Source: Ostreococcus lucimarinus (taxonomy: Eukaryota). From it: a stretch of DNA of 64,000 nt. Location of the stretch: NCBI GenBank assembly GCA_000092065.1, contig CP000589.1. The stretch is one strand, 5' to 3'. Shown piece after piece: positions 1-9,332 of this stretch (positions within the stretch are counted from its first letter, which is position 1; each line of letters opens with the position of its first letter). Below the pieces are notes generated by a model. It was not told where the DNA came from, ran no database searches, and saw nothing but the letters and a program-made list of their open reading frames with translations. The translations under genes were made by a program, and so were the position numbers.

Positions 1-346
1 CAGCACGTACGCGTTTCGCTTCGTCCGCCGCGCCGTCACCCTCACCTCGCTCGTCTCCCGCGCGCTTCCCAGCGCGCACCACGCCGCGCACGCCGTCGCC
101 GCGACCGCCATCCCCGCGATCGCCCCTCCCGGCGGTCCCAGCGCCGCCGTCGTCGTCGCCGCGCCTCGCCGTCCCGTCGTCGTCGCGCCTCCTCGCGTCC
201 ACGTCGTCCCGCGCGCCATCGTCCCGCCCCGTCGTCCCCGCGCCGTCGTCGCGCGCCGACGCGGACGCGAGGACGTCACCGGCGTCGCCCGCGCCGCGCG
301 CGCGCGCATCCGTCGTCGCGCGCCGCGCTCTGGCGCGCGGCCGCGC

Positions 347-1597
347 GTGCGACGGTCGCACACTGTTTGCGCACACAGCGGTCGGTCGGACGACCCTCGA
401 CGGCCCCCGTCCGACCGACCGCGATCCGAGCGTATGCGCGAACAGTGCGCGATGTCATTTCGACGACGGCGCGCGCGATTCGAACGTCCCGCGCGCCGCG
501 CCACACGGCGACGCGCGATGGGCGATCGCGACGCGAAGCGCCAGCGCGGCGCGCGGCGTCCGCGCGCGCAGTCCGACGACATGGACGACCTGCTCGGCGC
601 CGCGGGCGTGGACGCGCGCGACGACGGACGCGAGGACGACGACGACCGGGGACGCGCGATCGACGGCGACGACGACGACGACGACGACGGGACGCGCGAG
701 GCGAGCGATGGACGACGAGCGGAAGAAGACGCGAGCGGGAGCGATTCTCGCGCGAAGGGGGCGCGGGACGGCGGCGAAAGCGGCGAGACGCGACGGGAGG
801 ACGACGACGAGGGGGGACGCGATCCGGGGCGCGAAGACGACGACGACGACGACGAAGACGTGATGGACGCGGAGTGCGGGGAGGAGGAGGAGGGAAGCGA
901 TGGCGACGCGCGCGAGGAGGACCAGGGGAATAAGACGAACGCGAGGAAGCGAGGGCGGAAACCGAAGGCGGCGAACGAGGAGGGCGCGCGCGGAGACGCG
1001 GACGCGGAGGCGAGCCTGCCGAAACGGACCGAGGTGACCATCACGGGGAACGCGCGAACGAAGGCGGAGTTGATCGGGATGAAGGGCGTAGTGAAGAAAT
1101 CGTTGCCGTCGGGTGGGTGGCATCGGTTGGTGTTGGAAAATGGGCGCGAAGTGCGCGTGCGAAGAAGCGCGTTGACGGCGTCGGAGACGGGGCGCGGAGA
1201 CGAGGAGGGCGAACAGGGCGAAGACGACGACGACGAGGACGACGAGGATGAGGACGACGGCGACGATAAAGACAACATGGCGACTAGAGCTCGACGACCG
1301 ACGCGCGTTCCTGGAAACGGACCTCCGAGCCAGGCGGCGGCGGCGGCGATGAAGCGCCTGCAAGAACGTCGCCGAAGCGCGCGTCCGAACTGTCAATCGA
1401 ACTTCGAGCGTCTGACGCTTTCAACTTTACAAAAGTACAAGAAAGCGTACGAAATGGAAGCCAACCCGGAGACGGACGGCGATAAGAATGCGCTCGTGCA
1501 CGAGGTCGGCAAGCACTTCATGCAGCAAAAGCTCGACGAACAAAAAGTGTTGCAAGCGTTCATGTGCGCCGTGGCGGACACGACGCAGATTGGATAA
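347..1597 (+). CDS. SAP30-like protein (Sin3-associated p30 C-terminal domain) with long D/E-rich low-complexity region; start could be an internal ATG
   Basis: C-terminal ~60 aa (NFERLTLSTLQKYKKAYEMEANPETDGDKNALVHEVGKHFMQQKLDEQKVLQAFM) aligns with the conserved SAP30 C-terminus (LxxLxTLrrYKrhyklx...LvexVgxHFxsxpvnEketLtxFiy). Upstream KOW-like basic segment. The overlapping minus ORF 455..1396 is low-complexity antisense. Confidence 0.55.
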   Translation: MRRSHTVCAHSGRSDDPRRPPSDRPRSERMREQCAMSFRRRRARFERPARRATRRRAMGDRDAKRQRGARRPRAQSDDMDDLLGAAGVDARDDGREDDDDRGRAIDGDDDDDDDGTREASDGRRAEEDASGSDSRAKGARDGGESGETRREDDDEGGRDPGREDDDDDDEDVMDAECGEEEEGSDGDAREEDQGNKTNARKRGRKPKAANEEGARGDADAEASLPKRTEVTITGNARTKAELIGMKGVVKKSLPSGGWHRLVLENGREVRVRRSALTASETGRGDEEGEQGEDDDDEDDEDEDDGDDKDNMATRARRPTRVPGNGPPSQAAAAAMKRLQERRRSARPNCQSNFERLTLSTLQKYKKAYEMEANPETDGDKNALVHEVGKHFMQQKLDEQKVLQAFMCAVADTTQIG

Positions 1598-1638
1598 TAA
1601 AATTTTAATCATCGAGTCTAGCGGTTTTTCACATTCTT

Positions 1639-2376
1639 CTAAATCCTAAGGTCGGAAGGCACCACGCCGCTCTTGAGAGCGTTCTCCAACCGACTCACTT
1701 CTTCGAGGGTCTCCGCGTTGGCAATCGCCACCTTGAGCGCCGTGAGTTGTTCCGGCGTCGGCCCGCTCGGTTTAGCGTCCTTCTTCGTCTCATCCTTTGT
1801 CTCCTCCAACCCATCGCCCGGGGTAAACGTCTTCGCCCGCTGCGCCGCGCCATCATCCGCCCCGAACGTCTTCTCCGCCTCCTCGCGTTCGCTCGCGCGC
1901 ACCTTTTGAAAATCCAGCGTCTTCAACGCCTTGCACTTGTAAATCACGTACAACCGATAGTTCTCCTTCGCGCACACCGGATTCCCACACAACGTCAGCA
2001 TCTTCAACTTCTTCAGCGAACCCAACCCATCGCAATCTCCCAAGTTCCGCAGCGCGTTATTCGTCAGCGTCAGCGTCGTCAGCGCCGGCGTCGCCCTCGC
2101 CAGTTCCTCCCCGTTCACCCTCGCGATTCGATTATTCCCGAACATCAGCGTCTTACACCGCGGCATCGACGGCAAATTCTCCAGCCTCACGACGTCGTTC
2201 CCCGTGAAATCGTACGCGTCGTACTGATCCCGCGCCGTCGCCAAGTTTTCCAGTCGCCCAATCCTCCGCCCCCGCAGGTCGATTTCGTGCTCGCCGAGCG
2301 GGTTATACCGTCGATCGGCGTCCGCGATGACGTCCGCGGTCAGCCGGTCGCTCGCGGCGTTCGCGTCGGCGTGCAT
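1639..2376 (-). CDS. SNRPA1: U2 snRNP protein A' (leucine-rich-repeat splicing factor)
   Basis: Near-colinear match to U2A' along the whole length (EIDLRGRRI..LENL..DQYDAYDF..N...LENLP..RCKTLMFGNNRI..LTNNAL..LGDCDGLGSLKKLKMLTLCGNPVCAKENYRLYVIYKCKALKTLDFQKVRASEREEAEKTF). The track ORF extends to 2487, but an R-rich extension is implausible and the ATG at 2376 fits the orthologue N-terminus. Confidence 0.85.
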   Translation of the reverse strand: MHADANAASDRLTADVIADADRRYNPLGEHEIDLRGRRIGRLENLATARDQYDAYDFTGNDVVRLENLPSMPRCKTLMFGNNRIARVNGEELARATPALTTLTLTNNALRNLGDCDGLGSLKKLKMLTLCGNPVCAKENYRLYVIYKCKALKTLDFQKVRASEREEAEKTFGADDGAAQRAKTFTPGDGLEETKDETKKDAKPSGPTPEQLTALKVAIANAETLEEVSRLENALKSGVVPSDLRI

Positions 2377-2594
2377 CGCGCGCGCCTCCGCGCGTTCCTC
2401 GCGCGCCGCGCGCGGAGTGCCGACGCCGCGCGTCGATCGGGGCGACGCCGCGCCGTCGTCGCGACCGACCCCGTCGTGTCGAGTCACGACTCGCCGCGAT
2501 CGACAGACCCCCTCGCGTTCGAATCACGACCCGTCGAACGGCGATCGGGGACATTCGGCATTCGTCGCCCCGCGGCACGCGCGCGCGCGGCGCG

Positions 2595-4109
2595 ATGGCG
2601 ACGACGCGACGGTCGAGCGCGGCGAGGCGCGCCGCGGCGGCGCGCGTCGCGAACGACCGCGACGACGACCGCGACGACGACGACGACGAGGACGCGATGA
2701 CACGCGCGGAGGCGACGGAATCGACGGAAATGGAAGACGATTGCGACTTCGTGCGCGAACTCCCGGGCGCGTCGGGAGGGCTCGAGGAGGCGACGCTGGC
2801 GGCGATGCGGGGCGTGTCGCTGGGAGACGCGTGCGCGGCGGCGGGCGTGAGGACGCTGGCGCGAGAGACGCGAGATGGGGACGCGGTGATCGATCGAGAC
2901 GCGGCGGCGGCGACGACGGAGCGGGCGCTGGACGCGGCGATGCGGGAAAAGGCGCTGGTGCTGGAGAGATACGAGGGAAGGACGCACTCGGTGAAGGCGA
3001 AGGAGGGAAGCGTGCAGGGGGCGTTTCAAAGGGCGGTGTTCGCGAAAAAGTTGCACGAGAGGATCACGACGCGCGTGCGGGAGGAGGTGCGAAGACGAGC
3101 GGAGAGCGATTTGAGAACGGCGAGACGAGCGGCGCAGGAGAGACAGTTGAGTGGGAGGCGAGACGCGAAGGCGGCGATGGACGCGAAACGAGAGGCGCCG
3201 CATAAACCGTGGTTCTTGTTGGAGACGCCGAAGGATGAGCAAATGCGATTGCGAAAGGCGGCGATGGTGGACGCGGCGAACGCCGAGGCGGGCGCGGACG
3301 CGGGCGCGGACGCGTCGTCGTCGTCGTGGACGATGCCGGGGAACGTGACGATCGAGCCCGTGCCAGATACCACGGATGAATCGGTGCTAGGTGCGGTGAG
3401 GATGTGCATTTACATGGTCCAGTCGCATCCGAGACCGATTCAGAAGGTTTTGGACTACCTCTTTGGGTACTCGCCCGCGGTGGACGGCGAAGACTTGGAA
3501 GAAATCGACGCGTACTCCAAAGGGCTCCCAGTGTCGCGCGGTCGAATGCCGGCAGATTTGGCGTACTCGTACGCGGCGAATCTCGACAAAACTCTCGGCG
3601 AACGAGACAAAGTGGCGCTCAAGGCGCTCATCAAGGATGTCAAGGAGGAGTGGTCGTCGCACATCAAAGCCGGGTTCGACGCGGTGAAGGAGCTCGAATC
3701 CACCCCGCTCGACTCCGCAGAGGACATTCGCGTGCAGAATCGCGACAGTTGGCTCCGCGCTATGTTCCCAACCCTCGATTGGCCGACGAGAAACGAGAAA
3801 AATTATAAGTTCATGGAGCATTTGCGCGAGCAACAAGCCTTGGACGCTCGCACCGCAGTCTCGACGTCGCGACCAGTTCCCTTGGCTCTCAGTCGCGCCA
3901 ATCGCGCCAAGCAAGCGCAAGAACAAATTCAAACTTATGATCTGGGTGGCTCAAAGATTCACTACAGCAAAGATGGCGTCCCGATCATTGCTCCCGATGG
4001 TTTCTTCCCCAAGGCGAACACCGCGCCTTCGAAACGCGCCGAGACCGCACGCATCCGTCTCGCCGCCTCCGACGCCGAACGAAGGCTCGCCGAGCGGCGA
4101 CGACTATAG
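2595..4109 (+). CDS. hypothetical conserved-looking protein with acidic (D-rich) N-terminus; function not recognised
   Basis: 504-codon ORF. The C-terminal two-thirds is non-repetitive and globular-looking. No confident family match by eye. Confidence 0.5.
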   Translation: MATTRRSSAARRAAAARVANDRDDDRDDDDDEDAMTRAEATESTEMEDDCDFVRELPGASGGLEEATLAAMRGVSLGDACAAAGVRTLARETRDGDAVIDRDAAAATTERALDAAMREKALVLERYEGRTHSVKAKEGSVQGAFQRAVFAKKLHERITTRVREEVRRRAESDLRTARRAAQERQLSGRRDAKAAMDAKREAPHKPWFLLETPKDEQMRLRKAAMVDAANAEAGADAGADASSSSWTMPGNVTIEPVPDTTDESVLGAVRMCIYMVQSHPRPIQKVLDYLFGYSPAVDGEDLEEIDAYSKGLPVSRGRMPADLAYSYAANLDKTLGERDKVALKALIKDVKEEWSSHIKAGFDAVKELESTPLDSAEDIRVQNRDSWLRAMFPTLDWPTRNEKNYKFMEHLREQQALDARTAVSTSRPVPLALSRANRAKQAQEQIQTYDLGGSKIHYSKDGVPIIAPDGFFPKANTAPSKRAETARIRLAASDAERRLAERRRL

Positions 4110-4216
4110 AACACCAAAGTCGATAGCACTAGTCCATCATTGGCCCCTCCTAGCGTTTTAGAAACGAAATTATTCTCTCGACGCTCCTTCGTCGCGTCCC
4201 TCGCTTCGCCCTCACA

Positions 4217-5413
4217 TTGCGCCTCGAGGCGCTCGCCGCCATGATTTACTTCGAGCGCCAAACCTCGCGCCTGTGCGGAGTGCACGCCATAAACGCTCTC
4301 CTCCAAGGTCCCTTCTTTAGCGCCAGCGACCTCGCCGCGATAGCCCGCGCTTTGGACGACGAAGAGCGTTCGTTACTCGACCAATCTTCGCTCCGTCGCT
4401 CGAGCGGTTCGCACGCCGAGCGTTCCGAGAACGTTGGAGACGACGGTAACTTCAGCATACAAGTGTTGTGCAAAGCTTTGGACGTGTTCGGGCTCAGCGC
4501 GCGGTACGCGTCCGCGGATGAAGAGCGCGGGACGGACTCCGCGAAGGAGCTCGCGTTCGTCTGCAATTTATCCGAGCACTGGTTCGCGCTGCGGCGGCTG
4601 GGCGACGCCTGGTGGGACTTGAATTCCATGCACGCCGCGCCGAAAAAAATCGGAACGTTCTATTTGGACGCGTTTTTGAATCAGTTGACCGCGGAAGGGT
4701 ATTCGATCTTCGTGGTGCGGGATTTAGCCGCGGCGGCGTTGCCGGAGATGCTCGGGCAAAACGGCGAATACGGCGAGTGGTTGACGGAGGAGGAATGTCT
4801 GCGGTTGACGAGCGAAGCGGAGACAGCGCAAGCATCGGGACGTGCGCGACTTGCAGCTGAAAGTGCGATGAAGACGCTGAGCGATGGGCCGTCGCGGTTG
4901 GTGGTGGATGGTGGCGTCGCGAGCGACGTCGTCGACTTGACGGCGGATAGAGAGTTGCAAGCCGCTCTGGAGGCGAGCATGGAGGATTACGGCAAGCTTG
5001 ACGCATCGGGTACCGATACCGACGCCGATCTCAAAGCGGTTCTGGCGGCGAGCTTAGAAGAGATCGAAGGTGGCGATGCGTCCATCGAAGCCGCGATCGC
5101 CGCGAGCTTGCGAGACGAAGAGGCGAAGATGGACGTCGACGTCGCGCGATTCGCCGAAGAGCCCGACGCGGGCGACGGAATCGTGTCGCTCGCGTTTCGA
5201 CTTCCCGACGGTGACCGCATCGCTCGTCGCTTCGCGTGCGCGAGCTCGATCGCAGACGTTGAAAAGTGGCTCGAAGTCGCCAAGCGTTTGGACATGCGCA
5301 GCAACTGTCTCGCGCTCGCGTTTCCGCCGCGCGCGCTCGCGGACGCCTCGACGTCCATTCGAGACGCCGGCATCACCGATCGCGAAGTTCTCGCCGTTCG
5401 TCCACGACCGTGA
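4217..5413 (+). CDS. Ataxin-3-like deubiquitinase: Josephin domain + three UIM-like motifs + C-terminal UBX-like domain
   Basis: N-terminus matches the Josephin domain incl. catalytic Cys (QTSRLCGVHAINALLQGPFFSASDLAAIARALDDEER; NFSIQVLCKALDVFGL; CNLSEHWFALRRLGDAWWDLNS...EGYSIFVVRD). Three UIM-like motifs follow (ELQAALEASMEDY / DLKAVLAASLEEI / EAAIAASLRDEE). The C-terminal 80 aa has a UBX-like pattern (LAFRLPDGDRIARRF...). Confidence 0.85.
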   Translation: MRLEALAAMIYFERQTSRLCGVHAINALLQGPFFSASDLAAIARALDDEERSLLDQSSLRRSSGSHAERSENVGDDGNFSIQVLCKALDVFGLSARYASADEERGTDSAKELAFVCNLSEHWFALRRLGDAWWDLNSMHAAPKKIGTFYLDAFLNQLTAEGYSIFVVRDLAAAALPEMLGQNGEYGEWLTEEECLRLTSEAETAQASGRARLAAESAMKTLSDGPSRLVVDGGVASDVVDLTADRELQAALEASMEDYGKLDASGTDTDADLKAVLAASLEEIEGGDASIEAAIAASLRDEEAKMDVDVARFAEEPDAGDGIVSLAFRLPDGDRIARRFACASSIADVEKWLEVAKRLDMRSNCLALAFPPRALADASTSIRDAGITDREVLAVRPRP

Positions 5414-5518
5414 ATTCAACAAATAGTCCCATTCTTTTCAAGTTTCCAAAAACGTTCTCGCGTCTTGTCTTCGCGTCGCTCGCGCGTAGTCCTCACAACG
5501 CGACTGGGGCGCATCGTC

Positions 5519-5939
5519 ATGGGCGCCACCGCCCTCACTGCCGTGTTCGGCGCCGTCTCTGGCGTCGGCTGCGCGGCGTTCGCGAACGGCTTGCGCAAGC
5601 TCCCACCGTTTTCACGTGCGTTGCTCCCCTCGCGCGTCGCGTCGCCGCGCCGAACGCGTCGCGACGCGATCGATCTAGGGTTGGATGTCGCGCACTCGCG
5701 ACGCGACGCCACCGCCTGACGCGCGAATCTCGCGCCGCGCGATCGGACACTGACGAAGTGTTGTTTGTTTACGTCACGCAGAACCCTGGAAGCACGCCGT
5801 GGCGGCGGGCGTCGGTGCGGCGGCGTTAATGTACAACGCGGATTTGGAAACGTCGCTCAAGGAGGACGTGGAGCGCTTGCGGGCGACGCGCGCCGAGCAG
5901 AACGCGGAGTACATGGCGGAGATACGGGCGAAGCGATAA
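5519..5939 (+). CDS. putative small (84 aa) single-TM protein encoded by two exons (5519..5615 and 5782..5939; phase-1 intron 5616..5781)
   Basis: Exon 1 begins MGATALTAVFGAVSGVGCAAFANGL (hydrophobic helix). Donor CAC|GTGCGT, acceptor ...CTGACGAAG...TCACGCAG|AA with a CTGAC branch-like motif, the same motif as in the VHA-E intron. The spliced frame runs through ...VAAGVGAAALMYNADLETSLKEDVERLRATRAEQNAEYMAEIRAKR to a TAA stop. Manual prediction only. Confidence 0.35.
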
Positions 5940-6067
5940 TAGGGAGTTGTGATGATACAGAATGTACAATATATATTCATAAATACGAAGTCTCGATATT
6001 ACCGCGGATGGCGCGCCGTCGGCGCTGAGCGGCGCTTCTCGTAGTTGACTACACCGGTGTACACTTG

Positions 6068-7255
6068 CTAATAGCCAGCCAAGTCCATCAAATTAATTTC
6101 GCTTTGGCAGTGACGCATCTGCTTCGTGCGTCTTAAGCCACTGGGGAGAGGTAAGGTCTCTGGGATCGTGGGTGGATGCAGCGCCGGCGCGCCCGAGTCG
6201 CGAAGAATCTCGTATCGCATCGACTGAACATCCAACTTATCGTCATGCGACGCGTCAGAGTTCGACAAACGATCATCTGAGATGCGCCGTTTAGAGTTTT
6301 GTTGATGTAGCTGCTGATCGTCGAGCGTTGTGTGCTTCATCGGTGCGAAAGATAGGGGCTTTGCGTTGTCCTCATCCTCAACCAACGCCGACAAGTCTGG
6401 ACAGCTTTGAAATGACTTTAGCGCTGAAGTCTTCTCATCCGGATTAGCCTTAACGAAACGACCCTTCACGCGAACGCGCGCGTCTGCGAGCGTTTTACGG
6501 CATTCATAGCGCACCACTTTCTTCAACCCCATCAATCGACGCTCGCGCTTGGCGCGATATCTGTCGAGCTGCGCTTGGCGCTCCTTGCTCACCACGCGTC
6601 GAGGGATGCCGAAGAGATCGCTCGACATCGGCATCATTATGGGTGGAAAAGCCCCGGGTGGATAGGAACCTACCGTCTCTGCGGGCCCACGCTGCGCCGC
6701 GGGCAGTCCCAATCCAAGAGGCGACGGTCGCGGAGTGAAATTATCTCTCGCGCTCTTCGAGACGTACGCCTTGGCGGCGGCTTGATTCGGGCTCACCGCT
6801 TGAATCTGATCCGCCACCGCCTCCAGAGCGGCGGAAATAGACGCCGCATCGCCATCGAATAAAAGCGCCGACTCTGTTTCGGGCATCTCCAGCAAAGAAG
6901 CCAACGGATCGTCGTCCAAATCGAAAATCATCGTGTCGCTATTACTCGACATTCGCGGCGCCCTTGGACTCGTATCCTCTTCTCCGTTCTCACCTAAATT
7001 CAAAAACACGCCCACATCCCACGCACTGATCGTCGCGTCCATGCTCGACGTCGAATCGTGCGTCGTCGTCTTCGCATCGTCCCTCTTAAACAAACTGAAA
7101 CTCTTCTCCCTCAAACTCTCGCTCGTCCCGCGTCCTCGTCCGTCCTCGTCCTCGCGCCTCGCGCTCGCCGTCGCGCTCGCCGCCGCTTTCCAATCCCCGC
7201 ACTCCTTCGCCTCACTCAATCCCGCCTCGAGCGTTCGTTTATACCACTCATCCAC
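6068..7255 (-). CDS. CCT-motif protein (CONSTANS/TOC1-type CCT domain; no B-box or receiver domain seen)
   Basis: RERQAQLDRYRAKRERRLMGLKKVVRYECRKTLADARVRVKGRFVK matches the CCT consensus (R..x.LRYxEKRkxRxFxKkIRYxxRKxxAxxRpRxKGRFvK). Confidence 0.7.
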   Translation of the reverse strand: MDEWYKRTLEAGLSEAKECGDWKAAASATASARREDEDGRGRGTSESLREKSFSLFKRDDAKTTTHDSTSSMDATISAWDVGVFLNLGENGEEDTSPRAPRMSSNSDTMIFDLDDDPLASLLEMPETESALLFDGDAASISAALEAVADQIQAVSPNQAAAKAYVSKSARDNFTPRPSPLGLGLPAAQRGPAETVGSYPPGAFPPIMMPMSSDLFGIPRRVVSKERQAQLDRYRAKRERRLMGLKKVVRYECRKTLADARVRVKGRFVKANPDEKTSALKSFQSCPDLSALVEDEDNAKPLSFAPMKHTTLDDQQLHQQNSKRRISDDRLSNSDASHDDKLDVQSMRYEILRDSGAPALHPPTIPETLPLPSGLRRTKQMRHCQSEINLMDLAGY

Positions 7256-7289
7256 CGTGATCCTCTCGTGTCTCGCCGCGACCTACGGC

Positions 7290-7990
7290 GTTCAACCGCG
7301 TCCCGATCGTCAGTCCGTCGCGTCGTCGTCTCGCGCGCCCAGTCGACATCGCTCGTTCGCGCGCGCGTTCGTTTCGCGAATATCCGCGCGCGCGCGCACC
7401 GCGTTCGCCCCGTGCACGCGCGCGTCGCACGTCGCGCACAGGAACGCCTCTGCGCCGAATCGAAGCGCGATCGCGGGCGTAAAAAATCAGTCCCAATCCT
7501 CGTCGCGCGCGTCTCTCGTCGCGCGCGTCGCGCGTCTCTCGTCTCTCGTCTCTCGTCGTCGTCGTCCATCCGCGTCAGCGCGCATCGTGTCGCCGCGCGC
7601 GCGTCCATCCGCGTCTTTTTCGCGCGTTCGCGACGCGTCTCTCGTCGCGCGCGCGCACCGTCGGCGAGACAAAATATATCGGCGTCGCGCGCGCGACACG
7701 CCGCGCACGCGGGCATCGCGACGGCCGCGGCGTCGTGTCGCGCGCGCGATGGCGCGATGGCGCGCGTCACCGTCACACGGAGACACGCGGATCAACGACT
7801 TTGTCGAGACTCGGATAAACACACGGATCTGTGGACATCGATCGTCGACGCCGCGCCGCGCCGCGCGACTCGACGACGCGACGCGACGCGACGCGATTCG
7901 GGACGCGTCGAATGTCGTCGCGCGTCGTCGCGCGTCCGACGGTCGCGCGCGACGCGCGGCGCGCGCGCGCGGGCGCGATGGATGGGCGAC
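7290..7990. repeat. GC-rich low-complexity block with short direct repeats (CGCGTCTCTCGTC, GTCCATCCGCGTC, CGACGCGACGCGACGCG) upstream of GET3
   Basis: The short motifs are visibly reiterated. All six-frame ORFs here translate to R/A/S-rich low complexity. Confidence 0.5.
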
Positions 7991-9198
7991 GAAGGCTGCC
8001 GACGACGACGCGGGGACGACGCGAGCGGACGCGCGCGGGCGCGGGCGCGCCCGGAATCGACGAGATGCTCGACGGACGCGAGCGGAAGTATTACATGGTC
8101 GGAGGCAAGGGCGGGGTCGGGAAGACGTCGCTGTCGAGCTCGCTCGCGGTGAAGTTCGCGAGCGCCGGGCACGAGACGCTGGTGGTGAGCACGGACCCGG
8201 CGCACTCGCTGAGCGATTCGTTGGCGCAGAACGTCAGGGGAGGGCAGCCGGTGGAGGTGAACGATACGGATGGGATGCTGTACGCGCTGGAGATCGATCC
8301 GGAGAGCGCGAAGGCGGAGTTTACGCAATTCGCGCGGGCGACGGACATGAGCGGGGGGGCGAGAGATTTTATGAGCTCGGTCGGTTTGGGCGGGTTCGCG
8401 GACTCGATCGCGGATTTGAAGCTCGGGGAGCTCTTAGACACGCCGCCGCCGGGGTTGGACGAGGCGATCGCGATCGCCAAGGTGTTGCAGTTTACGAAGG
8501 ATGAGAAATTTAGCAAGTTTACGCGCATCGTCTTCGACACGGCGCCGACGGGGCACACGCTGCGGTTGCTGTCGCTTCCGGATTTCCTCGACGCGTCGAT
8601 CGGGAAGATCGTGCGATTACGTCAAAAGCTCACGAGCGCGACGGATGCGGTGAAGGGGATCTTCGGCGTGGGTGAGGACAAGCAGGACGACGCGGTGGAG
8701 AAGCTCGAAAAGCTCAAGGCGCAAGTCAAGGAAGTGCGCACGCTGTTTCGAAACAAAGACACCACCGAATTCATCATCGTCACCATCCCCACGGTGCTAG
8801 GCGTGAGCGAATCGGGCCGCTTGTTACAAAGCCTTCGCGACGAGGACGTGCCGTGCAAGCGGTTAATCGTCAACCAAGTGCTCAAGGTGAACGTCGACGA
8901 CTTTAAAGCCACCGCCGCCGAGGCGCGAGACGCCCAAGACGCCCTCGTCGCGCGATTATCCGGCGACGACGCGGAGGCGTTACAAAAGTACGTCGATTTG
9001 AACGCCAAAGCCTTGAAAGCGGCGCAGGCCGCGGTGACGTTTTGCAGCGTCAAGGAAAAAGACCAGACGCGCGCGTTGCAAATGTGCGAAGAAGACGCGG
9101 GATTAAACTCTCTCAATCGCACCGACGCGCCGCTGTTTGACATGGAAATTCGCGGCGTTCCGGCGTTGAAATTCTTCGGCGACCAAGTGTGGCGATAG
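7912..9198 (+). CDS. GET3: GET3/ArsA (TRC40) tail-anchored-protein insertion ATPase; start ambiguous (7831, 7912 or 7978)
   Basis: KYYMVGGKGGVGKTSLSSSLAVKFA (P-loop), LVVSTDPAHSLSDS, FDTAPTGHTLRLLSLP and the overall ArsA/Get3 architecture. The R-rich N-terminal extension may be an organellar presequence or a GC-frame artefact. Confidence 0.85.
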   Translation: MSSRVVARPTVARDARRARAGAMDGRRRLPTTTRGRRERTRAGAGAPGIDEMLDGRERKYYMVGGKGGVGKTSLSSSLAVKFASAGHETLVVSTDPAHSLSDSLAQNVRGGQPVEVNDTDGMLYALEIDPESAKAEFTQFARATDMSGGARDFMSSVGLGGFADSIADLKLGELLDTPPPGLDEAIAIAKVLQFTKDEKFSKFTRIVFDTAPTGHTLRLLSLPDFLDASIGKIVRLRQKLTSATDAVKGIFGVGEDKQDDAVEKLEKLKAQVKEVRTLFRNKDTTEFIIVTIPTVLGVSESGRLLQSLRDEDVPCKRLIVNQVLKVNVDDFKATAAEARDAQDALVARLSGDDAEALQKYVDLNAKALKAAQAAVTFCSVKEKDQTRALQMCEEDAGLNSLNRTDAPLFDMEIRGVPALKFFGDQVWR

Positions 9199-9332
9199 TT
9201 AGTCTCGTCGCGCGTCGAGATCGCGCGCGCTGTCATTATTACGCTTTCAATTTGTTTCGTCTCGCCGCCTCGCCGTCGCGCCTCGACCGCACTTTCGCGC
9301 GCCCCGTCTCGACTCCCACCGCGCGCGTCGCC

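Noticed and set aside
455-1396. 313-aa minus-strand ORF overlapping the SAP30-like gene, plus many similar long ORFs (1747..2700, 2327..3205, 2484..3242, 6933..8504, 7058..8152, 7792..8328, 14199..15587, 14783..15529, 27378..27971, 37382..38050, 45564..46388, 55810..56991 and others)
   Set aside because: Their translations are R/A/P/S-rich low complexity with no domain-like segments. They lie antisense or off-frame to ORFs with clear homology. In ~70% GC sequence, stop-free frames of this length are expected by chance.
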